Below, one piece after another: positions 45,116 to 56,390 of a stretch of 64,000 bases of DNA. The stretch is from an uncultured Chloroflexia bacterium (GTDB taxonomy: Bacteria > Chloroflexota > Limnocylindria > QHBO01): contig CAWFCQ010000007.1 of the NCBI GenBank assembly GCA_963814375.1, forward strand, positions 1 to 64,000. Reading direction: 5' to 3'. Every line of letters starts with the position of its first letter. The first letter of the stretch is position 1. The position numbers were made by a program, and so were the translations under genes. A model generated the notes under the pieces. The model had not been told where the DNA came from. It worked only from the letters and a program-made list of their open reading frames with translations, and did no database searches.

Positions 45116-45927
45116 CCCTTCAGCTCCTCGAGCTCCTCGCGCGTCGCCTCGTCCGGCTTCTTGCCCAGGATGATCATCGCGAGCACGTCGTCGGTCGTGA
45201 CGTCCTCCTTCCTCATCGTTCCCACCAGGCGACCGTGGTACATCACGCTGATCCGATCCGACAGATCGAAGACGTCGTGGATGTCGTGGCTGATGAGGAA
45301 GATGCCGATCCCCTCGGTCTTCAGCTGACGGATGAGATCGCGCACCTGGGCTGTCTCGGCCGGCCCGAGAGCGGCAGTCGGCTCGTCCATGATGAGGATC
45401 TGCGCGTTGAAGTGGACCGCGCGGGCGATGGCGACCGCCTGGCGCTGGCCGCCGGAGAGCGACTTCACCGGCATCGCGAACCGCGTGAAGTTCGGGTTCA
45501 GCCTCCCCATCACCCTGCGAGTCGCATCTTCCATGGACCCTTCGTCGAGCGTCCTCCACCAGGTCTGCATCTCGCGACCGAGGAAGACGTTGCCCGGCGC
45601 GTCGATGTTGTCAGCCAGGGCGAGCGTCTGGTAGATGCATTCGATGTTGAATGCCTTCGCGTCGCGCGGGTTGCTGATCACCCGGGGCTCGCCGTTGATG
45701 CGGATCTCGCCGGAGTCTGCGGCGTGCGCGCCGGAGAGCGTGCGAATTAGGGTCGATTTGCCGGCGCCGTTGCCACCGACCAGGCCGACCACCTCGCCCG
45801 GGTAGAGGTCGATGCTGACGTCGTCGACGGCATGCACACCGCCGAAGGCGACACGGATGTTGCGCATCTCGACGAGCGGCACACGCTCAGCTCCGTTCGG
45901 CGCGGTGACTGGCGCCTCGGCCGTCAT
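45112..45927 (-). CDS. xylG: Sugar ABC transporter ATP-binding protein (single domain)
   Basis: [23 protein letters not shown]; xylose gene context. Confidence 0.8.
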   Translation of the reverse strand: MTAEAPVTAPNGAERVPLVEMRNIRVAFGGVHAVDDVSIDLYPGEVVGLVGGNGAGKSTLIRTLSGAHAADSGEIRINGEPRVISNPRDAKAFNIECIYQTLALADNIDAPGNVFLGREMQTWWRTLDEGSMEDATRRVMGRLNPNFTRFAMPVKSLSGGQRQAVAIARAVHFNAQILIMDEPTAALGPAETAQVRDLIRQLKTEGIGIFLISHDIHDVFDLSDRISVMYHGRLVGTMRKEDVTTDDVLAMIILGKKPDEATREELEELKG

Positions 45928-47249
45928 GTGCCACCCCCGCGCCGACGGTTATACGTGTCGAGGCCAACGGCGATGATGAGGACAATGCCGGCCACCACGT
46001 TCTGGGTCGGGGAGTTGACGCCGTTGTAGCTCATCCCGTAGGCCAGCGACTGCATGACGAACGCGCCCAGCACGGCACCGGGGATGGTGCCGATGCCTCC
46101 CGCGAACGACGTGCCACCGACGACGGCGGCGGCGATGACGTAGAGCTCGTCGCTGGAGCCCACGTCGAGGGTCGACCCGTTAAGCCGTGCGGACGAGATC
46201 GCAGCGGCGATCGCGCAGAGGACCCCCATCAGCATGAAGGTCTTCATGATCGTCCAGCGGGTGTTGATGCCCGCCAGCTCGGCGGCGTCGGGATTGCCCC
46301 CGTAGGCGTAGACGTATCGCCCGAAACGCCGCCGGGTAGCGATGAAGGTCATCACGACTGTCACCGCGATGACGAGGATGACCGGCCATGGGAAGCCGAC
46401 CGAGATCTTCAGGCCGCCCGGAGGCTCGGTGATGCCGTTCGCCTGCGCGTACTGGGTGGCGAGGCCCGCCGGCCAGAAGTTGGCGTTGGCGAACGCGACG
46501 ACGCCGATGACGATCGCGCAGCCCAGGACGCCGAGGAGCACCTCCGCCCACATCGGCCTCACCGGAAATCCGAACTTCTGGCGCTGGCGACGGCTGTTGA
46601 CGAGCAACGCGATGATCGCGATGCAGCCGACGATGCCGAGGACCCACGTCAGGAGCCCGCCGATCGAGCCCACCGCGCCGCCCCCGATGAGGCGGAAGTT
46701 GCTGTGCAGCCCAGATACGGCGGCGCCGCTAGAGAGCAGCCACACCGAGCCGCGCAGGGAGAGGAGGCCGCCGAGCGTCACGATGAAGGAGGGGACGCCG
46801 ATGTAGGCGATGATGAAGCCCTGGAAGCCGCCGATGAAAGCCCCCAGGCCGACTCCCAGCAAAAGGGCGACGATCCATTGGATGGGGTTGTCCAACCCGA
46901 GCCCGAGAGCCGGCAGCCAATCGGTCTGGAGCAGCGCGTAGACCATCGCCACGACGCCGACGATCGATCCCACCGACAGGTCGATGTTCCGCGACACGAT
47001 GATCAGGACCATGCCGGTCGCCATGATGGCCGTGCCCGATGCCTGGACCGCGAGCGTGACCATGTTGGCCGGCCGTAGGAACGTGCCGCCCGACACGATG
47101 TGGAAGCCGAGGAGGATGACCGCCAGCGCGACCAGCATGCCAAACAGGCGCAGGTCGATCTCGGTCTTCGAGAGCGTCTCGCGCACCGATCCCCGCGGGG
47201 CCGGTTGTGCCTGACCCGGCACCGGAGCCGCGTCGGCTACGTCAACCAA
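45924..47249 (-). CDS. xylH: Xylose ABC transporter permease
   Basis: [39 protein letters not shown]. Confidence 0.85.
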   Translation of the reverse strand: MVDVADAAPVPGQAQPAPRGSVRETLSKTEIDLRLFGMLVALAVILLGFHIVSGGTFLRPANMVTLAVQASGTAIMATGMVLIIVSRNIDLSVGSIVGVVAMVYALLQTDWLPALGLGLDNPIQWIVALLLGVGLGAFIGGFQGFIIAYIGVPSFIVTLGGLLSLRGSVWLLSSGAAVSGLHSNFRLIGGGAVGSIGGLLTWVLGIVGCIAIIALLVNSRRQRQKFGFPVRPMWAEVLLGVLGCAIVIGVVAFANANFWPAGLATQYAQANGITEPPGGLKISVGFPWPVILVIAVTVVMTFIATRRRFGRYVYAYGGNPDAAELAGINTRWTIMKTFMLMGVLCAIAAAISSARLNGSTLDVGSSDELYVIAAAVVGGTSFAGGIGTIPGAVLGAFVMQSLAYGMSYNGVNSPTQNVVAGIVLIIAVGLDTYNRRRGGGT

Positions 47250-47278
47250 TTCGGGGTGCCTCCCCCGTGTGATGGAAG

Positions 47279-47313
47279 TGCCCTGGCCCGCGGCATGGCT
47301 GCGGGCCAGGGCA
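47279..47313. terminator. Stable hairpin between xylF and xylH
   Basis: TGCCCTGGCCCGCGGC-ATG-GCTGCGGGCCAGGGCA; typical partial terminator or 3' stabiliser after a binding-protein gene. Confidence 0.7.
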
Positions 47314-47338
47314 TCAGTCGACGGATCTGGTCAGGCTG

Positions 47339-48523
47339 CTACTGGCAGGCCGCCGGCGCGCTGGCCGCGTCGACGCCCTCGCACAATTCATCCTGGGTGA
47401 GCCACCCGGAGTCGATGATCAGGTCCAGGTTCTCCTGGGTGATCGGCTGCGGCTTCAGGATGAACGAGGTGATCTCGTTCTCGTCACCCGAATCCGGCTC
47501 TCCATCCGGACCCGGGGTCGTGAACGGGGCGGCCGTGAGGCCGGCTTCCGGCGCCACCGCGTCGTTGACCGTTCCTTCCGGAAGCGTGATGTCCGCCATC
47601 GCCGTGCCCTCGCACAGCTGCAGCGCCGCGGCGCCGGCGACCTTCCCGAGCTCGTTGGCGTCCTTCCAGACGTCCACGTACTGGAGACCCTGGGCCACAT
47701 TCTGCAGGTTCGCGGTGTCACCGTCCTGGCCGCTGACAGGGATCGTGTCGTAGTTCTTCGCCTGGAGTGCCGCAACGACGCCCAGCGCCGTGCTGTCGTT
47801 CTCGGCCAGCACCGCGTCGATCTGGACGTCCTGGTCATTGGCGGCGTCGATGATCGCCTCCATGTTGTTCTGGGCCGTCTCGGTGTCCCACGCGTCGGTG
47901 AACTGATCGTCGAAGATCTCGATCTCACCGGCGTCGATCTTGTCCTGGAGGCCCGCGTTATCCCAGCCCTGCGGCAGGAAGATGGAGGCGTTCGGGTCGC
48001 CCGGATCGCCCTTGATCAGGACGTACGTACCCTCCGGCACGGCCTCGAACATGGCCTCGGCCTCGGCCTCGCCCACGCCCACGTTGTCAAATGTGATGTA
48101 GAGAAGCTCGGGATCCTCGATCAGGCGGTCGTACGCGATGACCGGGATGCCGGCATCCTTGGCGGCCTGGACGCCCGGCAGCACCGCCTGGTTGTCCTGC
48201 GCCAGGAGGATGAGGACATCGATATCCTGGTTGATGAACGTCTCGATGTCGGTCAGCTGCTGCTCGGTGTCGAGATTCGCGTCGGCGTCGGTGTAGGTGC
48301 CGCCACCCGCCTCGACCGTCTCCTGGATGTTTGGCTTGTCCTTCGCCGCCCAGCGCGGCTGCTGGAAGTTGTTCCACGAGACCGCGACTGAGCAGTCACC
48401 GCTGGCCGCCTGTGATCCGCCGCCGTCAGAACCGGCGGGCTCGGACGCGTCACCCTCGCCGCCGCAAGCAGCGAGCACAAGGGCAAGCGTGCCCAGCGTC
48501 GCCGCCATCCTCCGAATCATCAT
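47339..48523 (-). CDS. xylF: D-xylose ABC substrate-binding lipoprotein
   Basis: Lipobox LAAC, RWAAKD, IAYDRLI, FDNVGVG, ENDSTA, SGQDGD. Confidence 0.85.
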   Translation of the reverse strand: MMIRRMAATLGTLALVLAACGGEGDASEPAGSDGGGSQAASGDCSVAVSWNNFQQPRWAAKDKPNIQETVEAGGGTYTDADANLDTEQQLTDIETFINQDIDVLILLAQDNQAVLPGVQAAKDAGIPVIAYDRLIEDPELLYITFDNVGVGEAEAEAMFEAVPEGTYVLIKGDPGDPNASIFLPQGWDNAGLQDKIDAGEIEIFDDQFTDAWDTETAQNNMEAIIDAANDQDVQIDAVLAENDSTALGVVAALQAKNYDTIPVSGQDGDTANLQNVAQGLQYVDVWKDANELGKVAGAAALQLCEGTAMADITLPEGTVNDAVAPEAGLTAAPFTTPGPDGEPDSGDENEITSFILKPQPITQENLDLIIDSGWLTQDELCEGVDAASAPAACQ

Positions 48524-48678
48524 TCCGAAAGCTCCTCCATCAAGATCCCCCGCCGTTTTGCTTACTTCTCAGTTTTGCCTTGCGTAGGCTACTCCTCTGT
48601 CAAGCCCTCCTCCTCCATTCGTTCGCCTTCGCCGTGGTTGGTCCCGAAGCGCGGGCCGAGCCGTCCAAGGGGCGCGCG

Positions 48679-49911
48679 TCATGCGCTCGCCAGTTCCGGT
48701 CGATGCGCACCGGCGGACGCCAGCCGCCACGCCGGGTCGGTGAGCATCGGCTCGAACGCGAGCTCGGCGGCGCCGATGATCGGCGCGTTGACGCCGAGAG
48801 CGGCGGGCACCACTCGCACGAGGGACCGAGAGGCCGGCAACGCGCGACGCTCAAGCGCCGCGCGCAGCCCGTCCAAGACCAATGGATGAATCCGTCCCAG
48901 CACGCCGCCCAACACGACCAGCGTGGGGTTGAAGATATTGACGAGCGACACCACGCCGATGCCGAGCCACTCCCCGAGTCGCTCGATGCTGGCGCTCGCG
49001 GCGGGTTCCCCAGCAATCGCGGCGTCGATGAGCTCGTCGACCGCTGCGCGTCCACCGGTCGCGGACCGTCCCGACATTGAGAGCATGGCGCGCTCGCCGA
49101 TCTCGGTCTCCCAGCAGCCGAACGAGCCGCACGCGCAGGCCTTGCCTCCGGGATTGACGATCATGTGCCCGATCTCGCCCGCGTAGCCTGCCGCGCCCAC
49201 CAGCGCCCGACCACCGACCGTCACGCTGCCGCCAACACCGACCTCGCTCGCCACGTAGACCACGTCCGCCTCTCCGACCGCCGCGCCCCGCCTATGCTCC
49301 GCCAGCCCACCGAGGTCGGCCTCGTTGGCGATCGCAAGCGGCACGTTGGGTCGAAGGGCCTCCGCGACACGCTGGCCAAGCGGCACGTCGTGCCAGCCGA
49401 GGTTCGGAGCGAGGCGAACGAGGCCATCGCTGCGGCGGACGATGCCGGCCACACCGAGGCCGATGCCGACAAGGCCATCGTCGCCCGCATCGAGCATTGG
49501 CCGGGCCAGCTCAGAAAGGTCGGCGACGATCTGATCAACGGTGACGTGCGCTCGCGGCCGGTCGACGCGGACGAGCTCGTGAATCGTTCCGCCGAGCCCG
49601 ACCCTGGCGGCGGCGAGGGAGTCGACGTTGATCTCGAGGCCCACCACCCAGGCCGCATCGGGGTTCGGATGGACCAGGGGCGAGGGCCGGCCCGGGACGC
49701 CGGCCGGCTCGTTGCGGCTCTCGACGAGGAGACCGCCACGCACGAGCTCGCCGACGAGGGTGCGGATCGCCGAACGGGTCAGGCCGGTATGGGCGACCAG
49801 CTCGGACCGCGACAGCGGGCCGCGAAGGTGCAGCGCTCGGACGATCGCGCTCAGGTTCGATCGCCGCACCGTCTCGCTGCGCTGGCCGACCACTTCCCGA
49901 GGCGTGAACAT
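48679..49911 (-). CDS. xylR: ROK family repressor (XylR-like)
   Basis: HTH LSRSELVAHTGLTRS, GRP, NEAD, GEIGH, CACGSFGCWE. Confidence 0.8.
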   Translation of the reverse strand: MFTPREVVGQRSETVRRSNLSAIVRALHLRGPLSRSELVAHTGLTRSAIRTLVGELVRGGLLVESRNEPAGVPGRPSPLVHPNPDAAWVVGLEINVDSLAAARVGLGGTIHELVRVDRPRAHVTVDQIVADLSELARPMLDAGDDGLVGIGLGVAGIVRRSDGLVRLAPNLGWHDVPLGQRVAEALRPNVPLAIANEADLGGLAEHRRGAAVGEADVVYVASEVGVGGSVTVGGRALVGAAGYAGEIGHMIVNPGGKACACGSFGCWETEIGERAMLSMSGRSATGGRAAVDELIDAAIAGEPAASASIERLGEWLGIGVVSLVNIFNPTLVVLGGVLGRIHPLVLDGLRAALERRALPASRSLVRVVPAALGVNAPIIGAAELAFEPMLTDPAWRLASAGAHRPELASA

Positions 49912-49916
49912 CAGAG

Positions 49917-49937
49917 TTTGTGTTCCTCTCATCCAAA
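49917..49937. promoter_or_regulatory. Second candidate ROK operator
   Basis: TTTGT-N11-CCAAA, same geometry as the site before xylA. Confidence 0.6.
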
Positions 49938-50004
49938 TGTTGTCGTAGACTCGTCCATCGGCGCGGGACCTGTCAATACGTCTGCATGGAGGTCAACGTC
50001 ACGG

Positions 50005-51000
50005 ATGCGACGGCTGCGCTGGGGAGTGCTCTCGACGGCCGCCATCGGCCGCCTGAAGGTGATACCGGCCATCCAGAAGGGCGAGCACTGCGAAGTGGTT
50101 GCCATCGCCTCCAGAGATCTGGCCCTCGGCAAGAAGGTGGCGTCAGAGCTGGGCATCCCCACCGCTCACGCTTCGTACGAAGCCCTGCTGGCCGACCCCG
50201 GCGTGGAGGCGGTCTACATCCCGCTGCCGAACCACCTCCATGCCACCTGGGCCATCGCCGCCGTGGAGGCGGGCAAGCATGTCCTCTGCGAGAAGCCATT
50301 GGCGCTGACCGCCGCCGATGCCGAGCGCATGATCACGGCCGCCGATCGCGCGGGTGTCCACCTGATGGAGGCCTTCATGTATCGGCTCCACCCGTCATGG
50401 GTCGCGGTGCGTGAGCTGGTCGCGTCCGGGCGGATCGGAGCGCTGACCGCGGTCCAGAGCTGGTTCTCGTATTACAACGACGATCCGGCGAACATCCGCA
50501 ACATCCTCGAGGCTGGCGGCGGCGCGCTCTATGACATCGGCTGCTACAGCATCAACCTGTCGCGGATGCTCTTCGACGCCGAGCCAGACCGCGTCGAGGG
50601 GATCGTCGTGCGCGACCCGTCGGGGGGGATCGATACCCTCACGAGCGGCATCCTCGGTTTCGGCAGCGGCATCGCCAGCTTCACCTGCTCCACGCGCGCG
50701 GAGGACGATCAGCGGGTCCACGTCTACGGCACCACTGGACGCATCTCGATCGAGATCCCGTTCAACATTCCTCCCGATCGACCCACGCGCATCCATGTCA
50801 CGGCCGGCGGCGATCCGCCGGTAGCTCCCCTGACCGAGACCCTGACATTCGCCACGGCCGACCCCTACACGGTCGAGGCCGATGCGTTCGCCGCCGCGGT
50901 CCTGGAAGACCGCCCCGTACCGGTGCCGCCGAGCGATGCGGTTGCCAACCTGCGGGTCATCGAGCGGCTGCTGGCCTCCGCCGAGCCGACGTCCGCCTGA
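50005..51000 (+). CDS. Gfo/Idh/MocA oxidoreductase (xylose dehydrogenase-like subgroup)
   Basis: LRWGVLSTAAIG, YIPLPNHLH, CEKP, EAFMYR, GGGALYDIGCY. Confidence 0.9.
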   Translation: MRRLRWGVLSTAAIGRLKVIPAIQKGEHCEVVAIASRDLALGKKVASELGIPTAHASYEALLADPGVEAVYIPLPNHLHATWAIAAVEAGKHVLCEKPLALTAADAERMITAADRAGVHLMEAFMYRLHPSWVAVRELVASGRIGALTAVQSWFSYYNDDPANIRNILEAGGGALYDIGCYSINLSRMLFDAEPDRVEGIVVRDPSGGIDTLTSGILGFGSGIASFTCSTRAEDDQRVHVYGTTGRISIEIPFNIPPDRPTRIHVTAGGDPPVAPLTETLTFATADPYTVEADAFAAAVLEDRPVPVPPSDAVANLRVIERLLASAEPTSA

Positions 51001-51014
51001 GGGTCAGTGGTTCA

Positions 51015-52686
51015 ATGCGTCCCGTGACCACGGGCAGGCGTGGCTTGATCGCCATCGGCATCGGCATCCCGATCGTCGCGCTCGGGGCAGCCTTTCTGGT
51101 GCCACGCTTCGGTTCGCCGAGCGGCTGGCGATGCGCTGCCGGCACCCCGGTTCGTCGAGGAAGCCTCCGCGGCGGGCATCGAGCATCGCTACGACGGCGA
51201 GTTCATGTACTTCGTCGGTGGCGGCGTGGCTGTCTTCGATTGCGACGACGACGGGCGGCAGGACCTCTACCTGGCGGGCGGCGAGGAGCCGGCCGCCCTG
51301 TACCGCAACCGCAGCCCGGCGGGGGGAGCCCTGGCGTTCGAGGCTATCCCTGGCAAGGCGACCGACCTGCGGCAGGTCACCGGTGCGTACCCGATCGACA
51401 TCGACGGCGACGACGTCGACGATCTCGCCGTCCTCCGCGTCGGCGAGAACGTCCTGCTACGCGGCCTTGGGGACTGCGCCTTCGAGCGTGCGAACGAGGC
51501 ATGGGGCTACGACGGCGGAGACGCGTGGACGACCGCGTTCAGCGCGACATGGGAGTCACCCGACGGGTTGCCGACCATGGCCTTCGGCAACTACCTCGTG
51601 CCGGACACCGTCGAGGACGGCACGCTACGTGTGCGACGACCACGAACTGGTGCGTCCCGCGCGCCGATGCGACGTCCTACGACTCGCCGACCACGCTGTC
51701 CCCTGGCCTGTGCACGCTCTCGATGCTCTTCAGCGACTGGGATCGGTCCGGCCGGCGCGATCTGCGGGCGTCGAACGACCGGCATTACTCGGTGGCCGCC
51801 CAGGAGCAGCTGTGGCGCATGGAACCGGGCGCGGCGCCGGACCCCTGGACCGTTGAGGAGGGCTGGCAGACGGTGAAGATCTGGGGCATGGGCATCGCCA
51901 GCCAGGACCTGGACGGTGACGGGTACCCGGAGGTCTACCTGACCAGCCAGGCCGACAACAAGCTCCAGACGCTGGCCGATGGCGCATCGCAGCCACGCTA
52001 CGAGGACATCGCGATCAGCAGCGGTGCGACCGCCCACGAGCCGTACACCGGCGACACCGAGATGCCCTCGACCGCCTGGCACGCCGAGTTCCAGGATGTG
52101 AACAACGACGGCTTCACCGACCTGTTCGTGTCGAAGGGCAACGTGGAGGCACAGCCCGACTACGCCGCCCGCGACCCGAACAACCTGCTCATCGGGCAGC
52201 CGGACGGCACCTTCGTCGAGGGTGGCATGGAGGCCGGGATCGTGAGCTTCGCGCGGAGCCGTGGGGCCGCCCTCGCCGACCTGAACCTCGACGGGCTGCT
52301 GGACCTCATCGTGGTCAACCGGACGCGAAAACGTCGACCTCTGGCGCAACGTCGGCGCCGGGACGGCGGATGGCGCGGAGCCGATGGGCAACTGGCTGGC
52401 TCTGCGCGTGGACGACGATGGCGCGAATCGCGATGCGGTCGGCGCCTGGATCGAGGTCGAGGTCGGAGACCGGGTCATCAGCCGCGAGGTGACGGTCGGC
52501 GGCGGCCACGTCGGCGGACAGCTGGGATGGCTCCACTTCGGCCTCGGCGAGGCGGATCGAGCAACGGTGACCGTCACCTGGCCGGATGGGGAGGTCGATC
52601 GGCCGGTCGAGGTCGATGCGAACGGGTTCTTCGTGCTGGAGCGAGGAGCGGAGGAGGCACGACCGTGGGAGCCGCCAGAGGAATGA
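51015..52686 (+). CDS. CRTAC1/FG-GAP repeat protein with ASPIC/UnbV domain (frameshifts)
   Basis: Repeated DxDxDG loops, WGMGIA, NRDAVGAWIEV, GGGHVGG...LHFGLG. Confidence 0.85.
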
Positions 52687-54073
52687 CGCCCTCGTCGAGC
52701 GCCGCTCGCCTGGCGCAGGTCGCGCTTCCGGACTTCGGGATGCCGGACGCCATGCCGGAGATCCCGCCGGCGACGTACGTCGCCCGGCTCGAACGCCTCC
52801 GTGCGCGCGCCGAATCGCGAGGCCTCGACCGCGTCGTCGTCTATGCCGATCGCGAGCACAGCGCCAACGTGTCGTACCTGACCGGGTTCGACCCGCGCTT
52901 CGAGGAGGCGCTCCTCGTCATCGGCCCCTCGGATGACCCGGCGATCCTGGTCGGCAACGAGTGCTGGGGCATGGCGGGCGCCGCGCCGCTGCCCATGCGA
53001 CGGCATCGGTTCCAGGACTTCAGCCTGCCGATGCAGCCGCGGGATCGATCGAAGCCGCTTGCCGAGATCCTGCGCGAGGAGGGCATCGGCGCGGGCAGTC
53101 ATGTCGGGCTCGTCGGATGGAAGTCGTACGGCGAGCCCTGGAAGAGCGACGTTCCTGCCTACCTCGTCGACGAGCTGCGAGGGCTTGTCGGAAGCGGTGG
53201 ATCGGTCGAGAACGCGACCGACGTGCTCATCGACGCGGCCGACGGCCTGCGTGTCATCAACGAGGTCGAGCAGCTCGCCTTCTTCGAGTGGGCCAGCTGC
53301 CACACCTCGCAGGGTGTGCGATCGCTGATCCACGGCCTGCGGCCCGGCATGAGCGAGCGGGAGGCGGTCGCGCTGCTCGGGTGGAACGGATGGCCGCTCT
53401 CCTGCCATCTGATGCTGACCGCCGGCTCGCGCGCTCCGCTCGGGCTGCTCAGCCCCGGCGATCGGCCGATCGAGCGCGGCGATCCGTTCACCACGGCCTT
53501 CGGGATCTGGGGCGCGCTGACCTGCCGCGCCGGCTTCGTGGTCGAGGACGCCGGCGAGCTGCCGGAGGCGATCCGCGACTACGTCGATCGCCTCGTGGCC
53601 CCGTACTTCACCGCGATCGCGGCGTGGTACGGCGCACTCCGCATCGGCGTCACCGGCGGCGAGCTCCAGGCGATCATCGACGACCATCTCGGCGACCCGT
53701 TCTTCGGGATCTTCCTCAACCCGGGACACCAGCTCCACCTCGACGAGTGGGTGAGCTCACCGATCTTCCCCGGCTCGCCAGGTGGAGCTGAGCTCGGGCA
53801 TGGCGCTCCAGGTGGACGTCATCCCGGCCACCGGCACCGAGTACTTCACGACCAACATCGAGGACGGCGTGGCCCTGGCCGATGCGTCGCTGCGCGCCGC
53901 CTTCGCGAGCGGCTACCCCGCGGCGTGGGCACGCATTCAGCGCCGAAGGGAGTTCATGTCTTCCGTACTCGGCATCGACCTCCATGCCGATCGTGCTGCC
54001 GCTTTCGAACCTGCCGGCCGTGCTTGCCCCGTTCCTCCTGCGACCGGACCGTGTGATGACGATGGCCGGATGA
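52683..54073 (+). CDS. M24/creatinase-like (Xaa-Pro aminopeptidase-like) protein (frameshifts)
   Basis: YADREHSANVSYLTGFDPRFEE, NPGHQLHLDEW, NIEDG. Confidence 0.8.
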
Positions 54074-54954
54074 GTGGGGCGCGCGAGGTCGTCCTGCGCA
54101 GCGACGTCCTCGAGGTCGTCCTGCTCCCGGAGCTGGGAGCGAGGATCCATCGGATCCGTGCCTTCGGCGAGGACCTTCTCCGCACCCCGGCCGATCGGGC
54201 GGCGCATCGGGACGAGCCGTTCTTCTGGGGCGCGTACCACATGGCGCCGTGGTGCAACCGCGCGGCGGCCGGTCCATCGACGATCGCCGGGCGAACGGTG
54301 CGGCTCGACGCGAACTTCGCCGACGGCTCGGCGATCCACGGGCTCGTGTCGAGCTCGCCGTGGGAGGAGCGCGATGACGGCTCGCTCGCCATCCGAATCG
54401 GCGGCCACGAAGGCGGCTGGCCGTGGCAGCACGAGGTCTCGCTCGCGCCGGCGGTCGACGCGGAGACCCTGACGCTGGACTACCGGGTCCGAAACCTCTC
54501 GGACGCACCGATGCCGGCGGGGATCGGCTTCCACCCGTGGTTCCGGCGTCCGGTCGAGCTGCGGCTGCCGGCGGCGTTCGGTCTATGCGAGCAACGACGG
54601 ATCTTCGGGCGAGCCGCGGCCGGTCGATGGTCCGCTCGACCTCCGCCGTCGAACGATGCCCGCCCACGGCATCGACGCGACGTGGACCGATCTCAGCCCC
54701 GCGCGAGTCGACCTGTGGTGGCCGGAGGTCGAGCTGAGCGCGAGCAATCGAGATCGAGTCGGACGCGGAAGCGGCGTGCGTGGCGGTCGCGGCCCCGGAT
54801 TCCATCGATGCCGTCGCCGTCGAGCCGCAGACCCACGGTCCGGATCCGATGCGCCGCCTGGCATACGGCGAGCCGGACGCGCCTCGCCTGCTCCCGCCCG
54901 GCGACGACCTTCGGTTCCGAGTCCGGCTCAGCGGTGACTCAGGGAGCCGTGTAG
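54070..54954 (+). CDS. Aldose 1-epimerase family protein (frameshifts; 3' end approximate)
   Basis: PWCNR, AIHG, GFHPWF, AVEPQT. Confidence 0.85.
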   Translation: MSGAREVVLRSDVLEVVLLPELGARIHRIRAFGEDLLRTPADRAAHRDEPFFWGAYHMAPWCNRAAAGPSTIAGRTVRLDANFADGSAIHGLVSSSPWEERDDGSLAIRIGGHEGGWPWQHEVSLAPAVDAETLTLDYRVRNLSDAPMPAGIGFHPWFRRPVELRLPAAFGLCEQRRIFGRAAAGRWSARPPPSNDARPRHRRDVDRSQPRASRPVVAGGRAEREQSRSSRTRKRRAWRSRPRIPSMPSPSSRRPTVRIRCAAWHTASRTRLACSRPATTFGSESGSAVTQGAV

Positions 54955-55737
54955 GCGATCGTCTCGCTACGGGCGACGACGAAGCTGCCGAGCGTCGTGT
55001 CGCGCACCGCCTCGATCCGCAGCTCGTGGGCGCCGGGTCGCAGCGCATCGGTCGCGAACGCGGCGGTGGCCTGGCCGTTGATGACGTTGAGGACCGTGGT
55101 GCCGTCGAGGAGGTGATAGGCGGTGAAGCAACCGGAGAAGCCGCGGTACGCCGACCAGGCGACGTGGGTCATGCCGTCGGCATCGGTGCTCACGGTCGAG
55201 CTCTCCGAGGCTCGCGACCTCACTGAGCCGGGCAGATCGAACCGGCGACGCGCTCACCACCGCTCCCGCCGCGTCGTAGGCCATGACGCGGTAGTTCCAC
55301 AGCGTCTCGGACGGGATGATGCTCGCGTCCACCGCCGAGGTTACGAATCGGTCCGTCGCGAACGTGTCGCCCCAGTCGACGGCCGGGGCGATCGGCGGAT
55401 AGTCAGGAGCGATCGCCCGGCGAGGGCTGCGGAGCGCGATGTAGTGGTCGAAGCTCGGATGCGTGCTGGGCGACCACTCGAGCACGACCCCACCCTCGCA
55501 GCCGATGGCCCGCAGGTCGAGTGCGCCTACGTCCGGGCTCGGCGTTGGAGCCGCGGTGGGCTCCGGGGTCGCGGTTCCGAGCGACGGACTGGCGCCGGGC
55601 GTCTGCGAGCTCGCCGTCGGGCTGGGATCAGGCCCGAACCGGGTCGGCGAGGCCTCCGTCTCCGACGGCGCGCGGATCGTGCAGGCGACCGAGAGCGCGC
55701 CGACGACCACGAGGACGAGGGGGCGGCGCGCGCGCAT
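54939..55737 (-). CDS. Putative lipoprotein with Fn3-like domains (frameshift near 55200)
   Basis: Lipobox SVAC, Pro/Thr linker, VVLEWS...YRVMAYD. Confidence 0.7.
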
Positions 55738-55790
55738 CGGCGGACCGTAGCACGGCCGAGCGGCGCGGATCGGACCGCTAGACTCCGGCG

Positions 55791-56390
55791 GTGATCTCGT
55801 CCCTGGCGCCGCTCGACGTCATCCTGGTGAGGCACGCCGAGTCCGTACCGGTCGGCACCGCCGGCGTCGAGGACGACGATCGCCCACTCACCGATGCCGG
55901 CACGGCCGACGCCCGCGAGCTGGCCGATGAGCTCGAGGCGTACGAGATCACCGCGATCTACAGCTCGCCCTACGCCCGGTCGGTGGCGACCGTCACGCCA
56001 CTGGCAGAGCGGCGCCGCCTGCCGGTCCAGGTGATCGAGGATCTCCGTGAGCGCCGCCTCTCTCCGGCTTCGCTCGACGATTGGCGATCCACGCTCGAGC
56101 GAGCCTGGGCGGATGCCGACTTCGTCAGCCCCGGTGGGGAGTCCGGTCGGGCCGCCCAGCGCCGGGCAATGGCGACGCTGGACCTTCTTCGCTCACGGCA
56201 CCCTGACGGCGGGCGGCTGGTGATCGGCAGCCACGGCAACCTCATCAGCCTCATGCTCAACGCCCTCGAGCCGGGGGTCGACTTCGAGTTCCACATGGCC
56301 ATGCCCACCCCGGCGGTCTATCGGCTCATCCACGACGGCCTGCGCTGGAGGATCATGGGCGGCCACGGCTTCACGCCCGTCGATCTATGA
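55791..56390 (+). CDS. Histidine phosphatase family protein
   Basis: LVRHAES, SSPY.R, LRER, SHG. Confidence 0.9.
   Translation: MISSLAPLDVILVRHAESVPVGTAGVEDDDRPLTDAGTADARELADELEAYEITAIYSSPYARSVATVTPLAERRRLPVQVIEDLRERRLSPASLDDWRSTLERAWADADFVSPGGESGRAAQRRAMATLDLLRSRHPDGGRLVIGSHGNLISLMLNALEPGVDFEFHMAMPTPAVYRLIHDGLRWRIMGGHGFTPVDL

Noticed and set aside
51015-54056. 1013-aa fusion of CRTAC1 and peptidase domains
   Set aside because: The fusion is a frameshift artefact; the CRTAC1 gene ends at 52686 and overlaps the M24-like start at 52683.
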